Origin: Tubiluchus corallicola
Lineage: Eukaryota > Animalia > Priapulida
Direction: 5' to 3'
Length of the DNA stretch: 64,000 bases
Assembly: GCA_030141605.1 (NCBI GenBank)
Contig: JAQGDQ010000214.1
Coordinates: 124,001-188,000, forward strand
Position 1 is the first letter of the stretch. Each line of letters starts with the position of its first letter. Both the position numbers and the translations under genes were made by a program. A model generated the notes under the pieces. That model worked only from the letters and a program-made list of their open reading frames with translations, was not told the origin of the DNA and did no database searches. Positions 41,010-54,969 of this stretch are shown piece by piece.

Positions 41010-42269
41010 TAGGTTTTACACGTCAAATGTAGACACAGGAAAGTTCAAATGTGACTTAGGTAACTCAAATGTAGATGCGGTACTTTGAATAAATCGATAA
41101 TTAACTCATTTAAGTGCAAATTACAAATAATAAAACCAAGTTAAAATTATATTTTATGGTCATGGTGCTATCGGCAGCATCAATTTTTATTATATTTAAT
41201 TAATTTGCAACTATTTGTATGGACGTTAATACAATTTTCAAATGTAAAGAAAATGTTTATTTGATAAGAATACTTAAAAGTGTTGTACATAAATAAGTTA
41301 ACAATCATACAGTTATTAATATATACACCAATTCTACATTTTATTTGTCAACGTTTTACAAAAACATTTTTTTTGAACAATGAATCAAATTATTTTGAAT
41401 AAATTCTATCCGCTACAGCGTCCTCTAACTTCTTCATTACAATCAGGCGCCTTTTTAACACATTGGCTAACGTTGAACGGGATATGCGTGGTTTCTCAGG
41501 CATGTCTTGGCGCATAGACGCAATGACTTGCTCTAGCGTAAATTCTGGATGAGTCTCTATAAGATTAACGGTATAGTCTCCCATTTCTTCTTCGACGAGC
41601 TTTCTTCTGAAGCCGCCACGTGGTTTGACAATTCTAACTTCCAGTGCTCTCTTAATAATAGCCGACGCGGTTGATTTTTTTATACTAAGTTGCCGTGCAA
41701 GATGTAAGTAGTCATCATCACCTCTTTCATAACTTTGAAAAATGCGTTGTTTGTCCCCAAGCGAAATTCTTTGATAAACCATAATGTCGGCAGAAAAGAA
41801 TAAATCGGTTCCCACTTCCCAATGAACAGTGAATCACTAATTCGTTTTTTAAGTAATGCATTAGCACTGCATTAATGAATTAGTTTCTCTCAAGAAACAT
41901 TGTTTATTTTAAGAATGTATTGTTTTCTCTAATAGTTCCAATGGTATGTAAAGTTTGCAGAATATTAGTGAACTATTAGTAGGCCTGTAACGTTTTTATT
42001 TTAACTTAAGAGCAATTATTAAATTAAAATTAAAGAAGATTAAATTTAACATCCTTATACTTTACCACATATCCACATTTGAGATACAAATGTCACATTT
42101 GACTTGACATGTGTGTACAGTTGACTTACCAAAACGCTCAATATTTCTTGAAAATTATTGTTAACATATTTGAACTACCTAAGTCTACATTTGAGTTAAA
42201 AAGACACATTTGATTTACCTAAATCTACATTTGAGTTAACGCAGGTCGACATTTGACATGTAAAACTTG
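41010..42269 (-). mobile_element. Internally deleted IS630/Tc1/mariner-superfamily transposon
   Basis: TA-flanked TIRs TAGGTTTTACACGTCAAATGTAGAC / GTCGACATTTGACATGTAAAACTTG with repeated subterminal CAAATGT motifs; contains a transposase N-terminal ORF. Confidence 0.85.
41390..41782 (-). pseudogene. Truncated transposase: bipartite HTH DNA-binding domain only (130 aa), no DDE domain
   Basis: MVYQRISLGDKQRIFQSY...LARQLSIKKSTASAIIKR (HTH1) KPRGGFRRK (linker) ...HPEFTLEQV...ISRSTLANVLKRR (HTH2), followed by a stop; inside the TIRs above. Confidence 0.8.
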
Positions 42270-42588
42270 TAGTATATCATTAATCATTGGCACTGCCATA
42301 ATCGACGTGAAACTTGGCTGCCCCAGTTGTCATTAGTGTAACAGGTAAATAAAACAGAAAAACACTTAACTTCTTTTACCTACAGAAGGACCATTTTTGA
42401 TTAATGTTCCACTGCCTGATTGCATGATAATAACGAATGAGTGACATCAATTACAGCGACCAAAGTCCATAGATTACATGAACTATGTAAATTATTACGT
42501 AAATAAAGTGTGCTGTTATTTTTTGTATTAAGCATTGCATGCACGTTATTAGCGCTAAGTCGTCGTTGGCATTTGTAAAAATATTATC

Positions 42589-45500
42589 ATGGCAAAGCTT
42601 TATTTTTGTGTATGTTTTTGTTTGCTGTACATTTGTCAGTTTTCTGTTTTCGGAGAGAACTTCAATGTTCACGACTTTCTACCTTCAAAGAAACAAGTTG
42701 GCACAGAAAAGGAGCTCTTGACATTTGCCGACAGAGTATCGTCTGTGGAAAAATTAATAAATTACTTACAGGAAGACCAACACAAATTAGACATATACGC
42801 AAATGAAAACGAACCTACTTGTTATAAAGACTTTGGCAGAATTGTGCTGGAGTCAAAACTTTATCGATTGTGGGCTTTAAAATGTAAGTACAGAAATTCA
42901 ATAACCATCTAGCATAAACGAATGTCCATAAAATGTAAGTTTAATTGATAGTTGCGCGCGCAACTATTTTATTTTACTTATTAAACCTGAGAATTCATAT
43001 ATTAGAATTTATAAGCAAGATAATCACTGGTTATTCTAATTATTTTTTTAAGAACGAATACATACTTCTGTAGTCAGTGTGCTTCTAAAGTAAACAGAAA
43101 AAATGCGCTTTTGCCCAGATTTGGTGAATTAATCGATTTCACACAAGTGACATTGTTATGGTGCAAACACTTCAGTTACTGAAAGCTATTTCATTTTTTG
43201 TCAAAAATTAATTTTTAATTTTGCCTAAGGAAGTAAATACATTTCATGTATAATTTTACATGAAAGCACACTGTGTGAGGAGTAGAAATCTACAAAATTT
43301 ATCAAATATAATGTAACTGTTGCTTAATGAGAACAGTTTTTCATGAACTTGTGCAAAGTGGAGCAAATTCTTACCGTCTTGAAGGAGCCCAGATTCGGTT
43401 GCAGATGGAAAAATTGTGAGTACATGATTTTGATTCCACTGTGGTCTTATTTTTTTAAAAATACGCCAGCCTAGTTAGTTTTTTCAATACAGTAAAGACT
43501 AGTAATCTGCCCAGCCTTAGCAGATCCAATGAGTTTGGTTTTCGTGAGGTGGAACGATCATTGTCCTTTTGTACTATACAGCTGATGGTTTCAATTCTGC
43601 AAATTCGTCATTTTCTTTTACCAGTTTATCATTAGTAACTTTTTCGTCGTTTTCGGTTTCTGGGTTTAAGAACTTATTCTTTTTGATGTGACAAGTGAAC
43701 AAAAATTTGTTTAACTGCGCTTTTTGCTACAATGCTAAAAGAAGTTTTTTGGGCTTTAATAACACTGCTTATAAGCCAATGCGGATCTTAGTAGCCAAAT
43801 ATTTCCCAAAAAAGCCCTTGTAAATCTTGCCCTTTCACAATATTAAGCTAAAATATAGTGAAGTTAAGATAAAACAAAGCAAATATACGGATTTCTGGCA
43901 TTCTCGCGTTTTTGAACAGAAAGTGAGGCAAACGACTAAGCACGCATATCCTGTGCCACTCAGTAGTTGCAACCAGTTATTAATTAAACAACTTGAAGCA
44001 CAAGAAAAGCCTTCACTTACATAAAGCTTTAAAAAATTGCTTTGAAATTTTATACCACTTACGTACTGCCTTTTTGCCTACTTGGGTTGGCAGCAAATGT
44101 GGTATAAAACATGTAAATTTAAACTCCCGCGATGACTGTTACAAGCAGCCATTTTGACGATAAGTTATTTGAAACTTTGAAGTTTAGATAATACTGAGTA
44201 AGGTTTGAAGAATAACCAGAGCATTCGTAGAGCACATGTCACTAACTAAGTAGTATTTTAAATTACTATATCTTGTCAGTAATATTAAAAATACGTTTTT
44301 TGGTTAGTGAGTGGTGCACGCTGGAGGTGAATCAACGACATTTTCCCAATTGGTGAACACGTTTGAATAATAATAATAAGTTTCCTTTCTAGTTACATAA
44401 GTCTTTTGAGCAGGTAAGCGAAATGCTAAGTAATATAACTTTACATGGAAGGTTTTTTGGGCCACAGTTTAACATTTCCTTTTCTTTCCCTGATTTTCGT
44501 TGTGAGCATATGACGTTATGTAATGGTTGGAACAGAGTTGCGTGAGATTTAAAATAAAAACGAACAAAAAATCATTTCAGCGCGAGTACAATATACACAC
44601 AAAATTGCTATAAAGTAATGTAATTTTTAAGGCGATTTTTCTGAAACCTATTTCTGGTACCCCTTTTCTTGTCCTTTAAAGCAGCATTACCAACAAGAAT
44701 GTTGTAACAAAAAGTACAATATAAATCACGCACATTTCAAGTAAAATAGATATCTATTAATTTGTGAACAATATTTTCGAGTCTCTTTATCAAATTCCAG
44801 TAAACATCTTTAGCAATATTCAATAGCAACTTCCTAATGAAACAGCGTCTAAGCATCTAATAAGGTTTAATAAAGATTACAGCAGAAGGGAGCACAATTT
44901 TTTCTTAGAATTCTGCAGATCATTAGCTACAATAATTAAGTGAACAATTATCAGTAAAGACAAGAAAAAGATTTGTGTATTGCTTTAGTTGCTTGTTGGA
45001 ATTTGATAATGACACAGTGTTTCGAAAATTTGTTCAAAATATTAATAAAGTTCCATTTTATCTGCAATTGGCGCCCTTCATATTTCTTCTTGTTCGTCGA
45101 ATAAAGATTAACATTAAGAACTTTCTTGTACAAGAAGAATCAGCTGTTGGTGGCTTCTCTAAGAGGGCAATGAGTTTTGAGAAAAAACTGGTACACAACG
45201 TACAGGCTGAATACACCCCCCCCCCAAGGTCAAGCAGGCTTCGCGATTAACGTATGATACATTATTATCAGCACAACGAAAATGATGCTAATCTTTAGGA
45301 TCTGGAAATAATAATTTTGTGTTCAAATATCGTTAATTATATCATGATAGGCCAACGTGGCACCATTGTTCATTACGCCTATAGAACTAATGGAGCCAAG
45401 AACAAAAAAGAAATAGGCTGATGAAGTGAGAATTTAGTGACTGCAACGAACTGAATTAGGATCCAGACTGGGACACTGACTTTAATGTTCTTATCATTTC

Positions 45501-48500
45501 AGTTCTCGATGCATGGGGAAAGCCAGAATCTGGCATCCTTGAAGGTCAACTTAACTGGGTGGGTTCATACGATGAATGTGTGAGCATAGAAGTTCCAAAC
45601 GTTGGAAATGAGACAGAACCAGCTGATTTTGGGCCTAAATCTTGCTATTCTTATCTTGGAACTTACTTATTAATAGATGGGGTACGTTTTCCTGTCGTCT
45701 TGGTATCTAGAACGATAATGTTGCTATAATTATTGCAGTTGCTAATGTTGCCTTCATGTTGTTTCTTGATTAACAGCCAGGTATCAGAAAATTGGCTGAC
45801 TGATTGATTGTCCGCTTAAATGACAAGATATTTATTGATATGGTGACTGCTATAATGATCTTCCTAAATTGATAGATGATCTTGCAGACGGACAAATGGG
45901 TGGATGAGTAATATGAATGAATAGTGAATGAATGAAATGAGGGGTACTAGACACGACACAGAAATTCATAATAAAAATTGATCTACAGTTATTACAATCA
46001 TGAATTTATAAATTAAACGTGACGAAGACAGTGAAAATGTCATGACTGATCCTGGATTAGAAACCAGAGACCTTTGGATTACAAGTCTAACATCATGACA
46101 TAAGTTCCGATGCTAATAGTCAAGTAGTCACATCGCTGAACTGGTTAACATAATTGATCTAGGATTTCTTATTCTTTGGTCAAGTTTGCAATAACTGAGA
46201 GTTCCATCATAAATCAATACTTAGAAATTATTAGGAAAATTTGCAAAACTTTCAGCAAAAAAAAATTAAGATAGTTATGGTAAGTTATTTAAAGTTTTAT
46301 TTTTTTTCAGTGCCTGTCAACATTTTAAAATCTGCTAATGGTGTTGCACTACTTAATGGGAACACTTTGAAAATACATTTCAGACAATATAGTCTTATAG
46401 ACCTTGTATTTTAAATAAGTACTATAACGCTGCCACTTAAACATGGATCACTATAACGAACTAAAGAAATCCACCATCGTAAAACAAGGAAAAAAGAAAG
46501 AAAAATTAAGACGTTTGAAACTGCCACTGCAATCCACTTCCCGGTAAAAGACAAATGACAAAGAATCACATATACTAATTTTTGTTGTGCTTATGTGATT
46601 TTTTGCTATGTGATGTATGTGTTATAGATTATAATGCTTTTAGCGTAATATTTGCATGAGTTAATATTATACAGGGAAAGAAATTTCCTGCAAAATGTGC
46701 ATTTCCATGTGAGTGTTTGTCCTTTTTTTCACTTGAAGAAAAACTGCAGTAGCTATATGAAACGTCGTGTTTTTCTTTCCTTTGCCGTTGTTTTTAATTA
46801 GGGAATTTTTTAATTCATTGTGACCATTTTTGTCATTAAAATAAATGTGTGTTAGTGTGAATTATTATGGTTTTAGCAGATCACAATTTCAGGCAACATT
46901 ACATAAAAACTCTTTCATAGAAGTGGCTAGGATGAGATTTCTAACCATTTCTGCTATATCTCGGTCCAGCAGCTCACGTGGCATTGTGTTCTAAAACGGA
47001 CAACGTTCTTGGTTCAAGTCCCTGTTGAGCATTGGTTTTTAACACCTTCTGCTTCAGTTAATTAGACGTTATGGTATCTGTTGTAAGCAGCGTGTTTAAA
47101 GATACTTATTTTTTTCAGAAATACGAGCAAATTAGTACTATACATTATGGTGTGTGCATGCCAAGCAGTTGCAATGGAGCTCAAGTCACTTTTTTACTCA
47201 ATGCATGTATGTTTAGCTTATGCGGTGCAGATGGCTTTTTAAAATGCACAGAACTACAATATACTTTGGATATCACAACAGTCTTGTAGTACTGTGGAAT
47301 AAATAATAGATAGATAAATAGTTTAGTGACATATGGCCAGCAGGGCCGATCAAAAAACAATAATAAACATTTCATGCAATAGAATACATGCAAGTTCGGA
47401 TAATTTCGCCACTGCACATTGTATTACAGTGTTTTGTAGTTGCATCAAACAAAACAGTTTTTCATTTTCAGTTAGAGCATTAAAAGCAGGAACATATTGA
47501 GAAACGGTTTCAACATAAAGTTACGTGCAACATTATGTCATGAGCAGTACAATAAAAAATGGCATTCTTCTTCAACAACATTGCAGACACTGCAAACTCG
47601 ATTTTCACATGGAATAGGTGGTCTTACATATCTACTAGTCCCAACAGCCAAACGATGAGCACTAGTTCTAAATTTTGTCAAAGCCTTTCTGCCTTTAGTA
47701 TTCTTAACATTTTCTAAATAAGTTTCCACTTCAAAATTCTGTTTAAATAATCCATAATAAGATAATTTGCTCATAGAGTTTAAAGACTCTCTCCATAGAT
47801 ATAGATATAATATGTAGCCAGATAATAGATATACTGGCCCTGAAAGTTCCATGCTGCGCGTTTTAGTTTCTTCTTATTCCGAAAACCTTTGTCGGTTTAG
47901 TATTTTATGTTTATATTCTTACAATGTACTTGTCACTAAGTTGTGAGAGCTGTCTACTCCATTCGCCTACCCGAAAATGGTCTAAAATATTACACTGGAT
48001 ATAACTTATTATATATAAGTTCAAATTTGAGACGCATTTGATGACACATATAATCACCAATATGATAAAACAATCAAAGTGTCTCTCTTTTTAAAAAGGG
48101 AATTTCGTCTTCTTTAATGAAGAAACATTTAAAAACAGTATCGAAGTACTTCTTTTGCTTTGACTGATTGTATTAATTATACATTGATTAAAATTCTGTA
48201 TACATCGTATCAGAAATGACGCATTCAGACTAGAGAGTTTTCTCTCGCACGTTCTTTCATAAATTGTCTCGCAGGTTCTCTACATAACACATTTTTTATT
48301 GTGTGGTAAATGTGTAAATTCAATACATAAAAAGCACATATTTTAAAAATATTTATAAAATTGTTTACTACAGTAACTGTTAATGATTTTACTGTATTTT
48401 GCAAATTATTTTACAAAAATTAAATATGATTGTGTCTGTTATATCTTTTCTTAAAAGTATTTGTTCTGGGGGTCATCATTATACTCAGGTAAGCTGTTCC

Positions 48501-51500
48501 ATAGACAAACCGTCTATTACTAAAAAAGAACTTTTTTAGATTATAATGTGTCCTATTCGTTTCAAAAGTAAAAAGTGTCCTCTTACACTCTTAATTTGAA
48601 CATTGTTTCATAATTGATCTTATTATAACCTTAAACGACTTCTCAGACATCTCTGAGAGTTCTCGTAATGAATAATGCTTGTCTGCAATAACTTCCGAAA
48701 GAATTTGTGAGAGGAAACTTTTAGTCTGAACGCGCTGTTTGCATACTACCTAAATTGCTGAAGTGTTATGACCCCGAGTGTCCTGGCATGGCTATCGTTT
48801 TGTCAAAAGGGCTAACACCAAGAAAAACAGGAAACTAAAACAAGCATTATGGAAGTCAAAGCACTTCGATTATAACTTCTAAATGTTATTATTTTTTAGA
48901 TCTGTTAGGCCTAAGTATAAGTGATCTAAATGGTGTCGATTCAAATCTTGAGAAGTCACTTGTTGGCAATGCCTTTTATTACTCTAATTGTCAGGAGGAG
49001 AGACAGTTGAAGAACGACACAGCAGCTATTCATGCAGTGTAAGTCATTTTCATTTAACCTGTCAACTCACACCGTCTAAACAGTTGGCAGGACGATAAAA
49101 ATGCCATATAAAAGTTCAAATTTACACTAAAAACTAAGAAATACTACATGTCATGCACGATTAAAAGAGCTACGAAAATTGATAAAAAATAGAAAAAATA
49201 TATACATAATTGACAACATACAAAACATCGGTTAAAAAGCCATCGGTTACTACTTCAATAAATCATGTCATCTTCTTAATGTTCTACTATAAAAAAAATG
49301 CACATCAGTTTGATGGCATATATAATTTACAATAAAATTTGCTTATCCAATTTCTGTTATTTTTGTCACTGTCGAACTTGGAAGCACCTTCAATACCTTT
49401 TGTACAGCTAAATTGACAAATAAGACCAATTTGTTTTTTTTTGGTCAATGCTGTGCACTATGTACTGTGGTTCATGTTATACGCGAGGTGATAATGTATC
49501 TTTTACTTTCAGCGTTTGGGCATCATTTTTCGCCTTACTGATGCTTATTGCAACTGTTTGTGATGTCTACATTAATAAGTCATCTTCACTGACAAATGCT
49601 GCAATGTTCCCTTCTACTGTAACTAATGCAACAGATCTGCCAATGGACACATCGGAAATGAATGTAAATCTTGAAACAGGAGCAACTCCAGTCGCCAACG
49701 CTGACGAGATGAGTCCCATGGAACAACAGAAAAATTTGACTCAAGTTAATCATGCAACGAGTTTTGGCCCTAAAGCAAACGATGGTGAGACCGTTAAGAA
49801 TTCGAATGGACCAGTTGAAATACCAACTCTGCCGCCTTCGTACCAAGATACCACTGAAAGGAAAGAATCTGTAGTAAAGAAGGATAGTCAACAAGGTACT
49901 GTATCTTCAAGGAATTCTATAATTTTCAGTTTTGATGAAATCAACAGAACGGTTAATCGGATATATCAGTCTTTTACTAAAACAGTAAACTAATTACAAC
50001 ATGAGGAATCCCATATTTCACTTGCCTTATAATGAAATTCAAACTTGCTTGCATTAATTAATGTAACAAATTAGAACAACGTAAAACCAGCAATTTTCTG
50101 CCATTGTTCAAAAACAAATTTATTTTTATAGTCCGGCTTACCAGAAACTAGTACACAGCAAGCAGAGGCGTCTGCCACTTTTGATTTATTGCGTGTTGTC
50201 ACGTAAGTTAGCTATTAAGTAATATCACAAAAAATACCGACAGCAACTATAGCTAAATTACATACAACACTAATCTATTTATTCAAAGTACAAAATAACA
50301 TAACTTGAAAACAAACAGGCTTATCTGTAATTAACTATACAGACTACTTGATTTATGTTCAAGCAGCATCCTTCCTCTGTGTGCCCTGTGCCCGATGTTA
50401 TTCAACACCAATAGCTTCCCACATATGAACGACTGTTTGACAACCCACTAGATACAATCAAGCAACTCATCTAGTGTGTGGCATATTAAGGGCAATATGC
50501 AGAAGTACTGTTCATTTTGTGCCACCGTCAGAGATGCAAAAATCACCTTCTGTCTATGAATGACCCAAATTCCAATTTATAATTTTAAGTACTAATATTC
50601 ATTGCAGGAATTCTCCTGAAAATCATTTTGTGTTTTTCCGTCTATACCAATGGCAAGAAGCTTTTGTCCACAAAGTCAAGTGGCGACACATTGCGTTGCA
50701 TTCACGGGATTCGCTTTTTCAGCATGGCGTGGGTTCTACTTGGTCACACCTACTTTTTTGCCTCTATATTTATCGGTAAGTGGGTGTAGGAATAATTAAA
50801 ATTGTTTGCAGACGTTGTTTACATGTTTGTGGCCGTTGAAAGTTTACTAGTCACCGAATATTGTTACTGAATCGAAAAATTAATTAAGAAGTTTATCTAA
50901 TGGCGGTGTTCTCATTTCAGATAACCGTTTTTCGGGATATAGAATGATGGATAACTTCATGTTTAGCATTATTTTAAACGGATCTTTTTCGGTAGACTCA
51001 TTTTTCGTTCTTAGGTAATGTACTAATTTTGCTATCTATTGCTGTGAAAACTATAAAATTATAGCATAATTAAAGCAAAGAAAGAGATTTAGAACAACTT
51101 ATAAACATTGGCGTTGGTGTTGGTGGTGGTGGTGGCGGTGATTACGGGATGGTGGTGGGGGTGTGGGGTATGGTGGCAAGGGCAGTGGTGGTGATGGTTA
51201 TGGCGGTGTTGGCGGTGGTGGTGCCATTGCTTGTGTGTGTTTTTAGGATAAAATGAGTCATTAATCTTGCCGTTGTTGTCGTCGTTGTTGATGTTTTTTA
51301 CTTGACACAATTGATCTAATTACGCGCATGATTGGAGCCATGCTCATTTGGCTATAAGTACATTAATTAATATTTATTCTCTATTTTACCTAAGTGGGCT
51401 GCTTGTCACTTACATGTTTCTGAAAGAAAAAGCAACCGATAAACGTATTCGAGTGTCATCAATGGCTTACTTTTACTTTCACCGTTTCTGGAGGTACGTC

Positions 51501-54500
51501 AATTTTATATATTTATTTTGATACGCATTTTGTTTGTGGGAAGCAATGTTTCTAAACCTTTTGCTTCTTAGGTTTTTCATACCTTTTGTCATTAGTTTGA
51601 GTCCTATTTTAGAGCTCAGAAGACAGATCGATTGCATGTGAAAGATCGATTAAATTAATTAACTACGCGACTAGTTAATTTTGGTTCAGAAAAGGTTATG
51701 TGACTTGGTGACGCAAAAAAGATAGACTAAGTGACTGAACAACTGACAGAAAAGTTACCCAGAAAAGTCAATCACTATGACCCATTATAATTCTCTATAG
51801 GGCTGTAGTTTGGTACGATGTGTTTTTATTTGCTTATTATGATCATAACAGCTTATTGTGTTTTCGCATTATATATATATAAATATATAATTCTTGTCTT
51901 TTAATTTGACAAGATTCATCTTGTCTTTTAATTTTCTTTGCTTTCCATTTTTTTGTTTTTTCTCCTCCCCGGCCCTCCTTTCTCTTTTCCCCTCTTTTCT
52001 CCATTTTTCGACACTTAACTCTGCTCTCTTCTCCCTTTCTGTCATCTTTTCACATTTCTTCTCATTTGCCCTTTCTCCTCTTCTTTAAAGTCTGTTTCTC
52101 TATCCGCCTCTTTTCTTTCGTTCTCCTTTTTTCTCTGCTCTTCTTTGTTCTAGTTCCGGTATTTATCTCTTTTCATCCCTCTCCTTTTCACTACTTTCAT
52201 TTCCTCTTTTTCTTTTTTGCTTCCCACTGTTATTTTCTATTTTATTCTCCTTTTTTGCTCCTCCCCTCTGTCCCTTTCCTCCACACTTCCTTATTCGTCT
52301 TAATTCTTGTCCTAGATCACTATTTTCCTGTTTTCTTCATTTGTCCCTTCTTTTCCTTTTCTCTTCTCACTTCTTCTCCTTTCAATCCTTTCTCTTCTAC
52401 TTTTCTCCTGTTTACTTTAGTGGTTTTTAGTTTTTATTTTCAGTATAATTACACGTATGTTTATACCTGCTTGTAAATACGATTTTATTTCTTTAGTTCA
52501 ACCTAATATTTTACATACTTCTTTATTCTCATCTCCAACCCTGTCTAGCGCTGTAATTTTTGCTGTTGTCACCACCGCTTACATAGCAGCGGCTGCTTAA
52601 AAAACTTGATATTTTCATAAACCCGACGTCTTTCAATATTTTTTCCTTACATGTTGTCCTTTATTACAAGGCAGGCTTATTTATTTGACTTGGTAATCGT
52701 TCTAAACCAATCAGAAACCATCAAAATGTTTAAATCTTTGCTTCCATTTTAGACTAACCCCAGTGTACATCCTATCGATGCTTTTTTTCACATACCTGTA
52801 TGCATACTTTGGAAAGGGAGCTCTATGGTATCCCGAGTGGCTTGGTGCAGACGTTTGTAAAAGTGACTGGTGGAAAAACTTACTGTACATTAATAACCTG
52901 GTGGATGACGTACCTTGGGTAGGCTATTTATTTTGATTCACTTTTTCTCTCCCTTTCTCTCTCACTCTCTCTCTCGCTCACTCACTCACTCTCTCTCATT
53001 CTTTCTTCCTCACGCGCTTTCAATCTCGGTCCCTCTCTCTCTCTCTCTCGTTCTTTTCTTTCTCTTTTTCTTCTGGTTCTATATCTGTCTCGCTTTCTCA
53101 AAAAAAGTAAATAGTAACCGACCAACCTTAAGACTGCAATTAATCTTACCAATTAGGTAGAAAAAGTAATTAGATGTTCCAGCAGGACAAGCAATTAAAT
53201 TTCAATGGTCAAGTCTCAGATACCAGAAAAAGCGCGAAGAATCTTTGGAAACGAAAACACCTATTCCATATTTTTTCCAGTGATTTCTGCTCGCCTTGGT
53301 TAATAAACCACATCGGAGCACTCTTTATGATGTATTAAAAACGATAACAGGAGTCAATGAGAGAGATTACTAAAACTGAATTAATTGCAGGGGAATCAAT
53401 TTGAACCACTCACATGTATTATTTGTTTTGTTTTTATGTTAAGTTAACCTAGATCTACTTGCACAAAACTTCTTAGGGTCAAAATAATTAAAATCCAACG
53501 AAATGTGCGTTAGAGTCCATTTCTGATAAGAAAAAATATGTAAAACGCCAAAAGCTATTGCGTTCCTTGAAATTTAACATGCATAGCTTTAATAATACTT
53601 TCTAATGTCCAAGTGTAGAGGAAATTATCTAAAGTCTCTACAATCTCTATTAGATTTGGCTCCTATTTTGGGCATCAGGCTTCCAAAATCGACAGTACAG
53701 TGTTAAATGGATTGAATACATATGTGCACTTAATGAATTTTAACAAAACGTGTTCCAAGCCGACTTGGCACTCAAGAATAAACGGCCATTTTATTCATAA
53801 ACGTATCTGTGAATAACTTCAATCACTTTTAAACTCCAATTAGCTCTTTTAGCCTGGTTTTGCCTTCTTAAGACCTGTTTTGTGTATTTGTTTAAATCAT
53901 TTTTGCATAATCACACATCAAAAACTATTAAAACAATCAAACGTTATACAAAATTTACAATCTTGTAAAATAATTATCAATCCGGTTTCATAACATGAAA
54001 GGGAAGAGAGAGAAGGCAAACCTTATAAAATAAGACTCAGTTAAAGCAACTTAATGAAGAAGAAATTTAACGATCTATTAAAATTCTAAAAATTAGCCAC
54101 TTAAACCCTTTCTAATAATCCTTTATGTGTATTATCAATTAAAATTTTCACGCCGACATTTTAGCTACATCTTTTTTAGTTGGATTTTTGCTTGGGAAAC
54201 TCACAGTTTTAAATCTGTGAGAGTTGAGTAACTTCATTGTTCGCGCACTTGCAACATAACACTTTTTGAAAGTGGTTATTTTTTCAGTGCTTTGGATGGT
54301 CATGGTATTTATCATGTGACATGCAAATGTTTTGGATCAGCCCACTTATACTAATACCAATGCTCTGGTAAGAAATGAACTTTTGCTGTGTTATTATTAC
54401 TTTATAAAAGTTTTTGCTCCAAGTGCTTATTTACTGTGTTAGTTTTATTTAGTTCTGCAAATTCTCAACAAAAGAAACCTGATGCACACTGTCGTGATCA

Positions 54501-54722
54501 TCGTCAGTGTTGTGATCATCATCATCATCATGTCTCTTTCTCTCTCTCAATTTTGAAGAATCACTTGTTTGTAAAAAAAATTGTCGAATATAGTTTAGCA
54601 ATAGCCCCATCACGTTTTGGCATCCTGACACACTTTTTCTTTCTCCTCGCCAGTTTTCTCTCAGTCTGTGTCTTTTCTCTCTGACTCACTCACTCTCTTT
54701 CTCCCTCCCTCCGCTCTCTCTT

Positions 54723-54762
<40 letters not shown>

Positions 54763-54807
54763 AGTCTCTCTCTCTTTCTCTCTGACTCACTCACTCTCTC
54801 TCTCTCC

Positions 54808-54843
<36 letters not shown>

Positions 54844-54891
54844 AATCTTTCTTTCTGTCTGTCTTTCGTCTCTGCCTTCCTAGCTCCCCTT

Positions 54892-54969
<78 letters not shown>

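Noticed and set aside
51894-52476. Phe/Leu/Ser-rich membrane-protein-like ORFs
   Set aside because: Polypyrimidine tract artefact.
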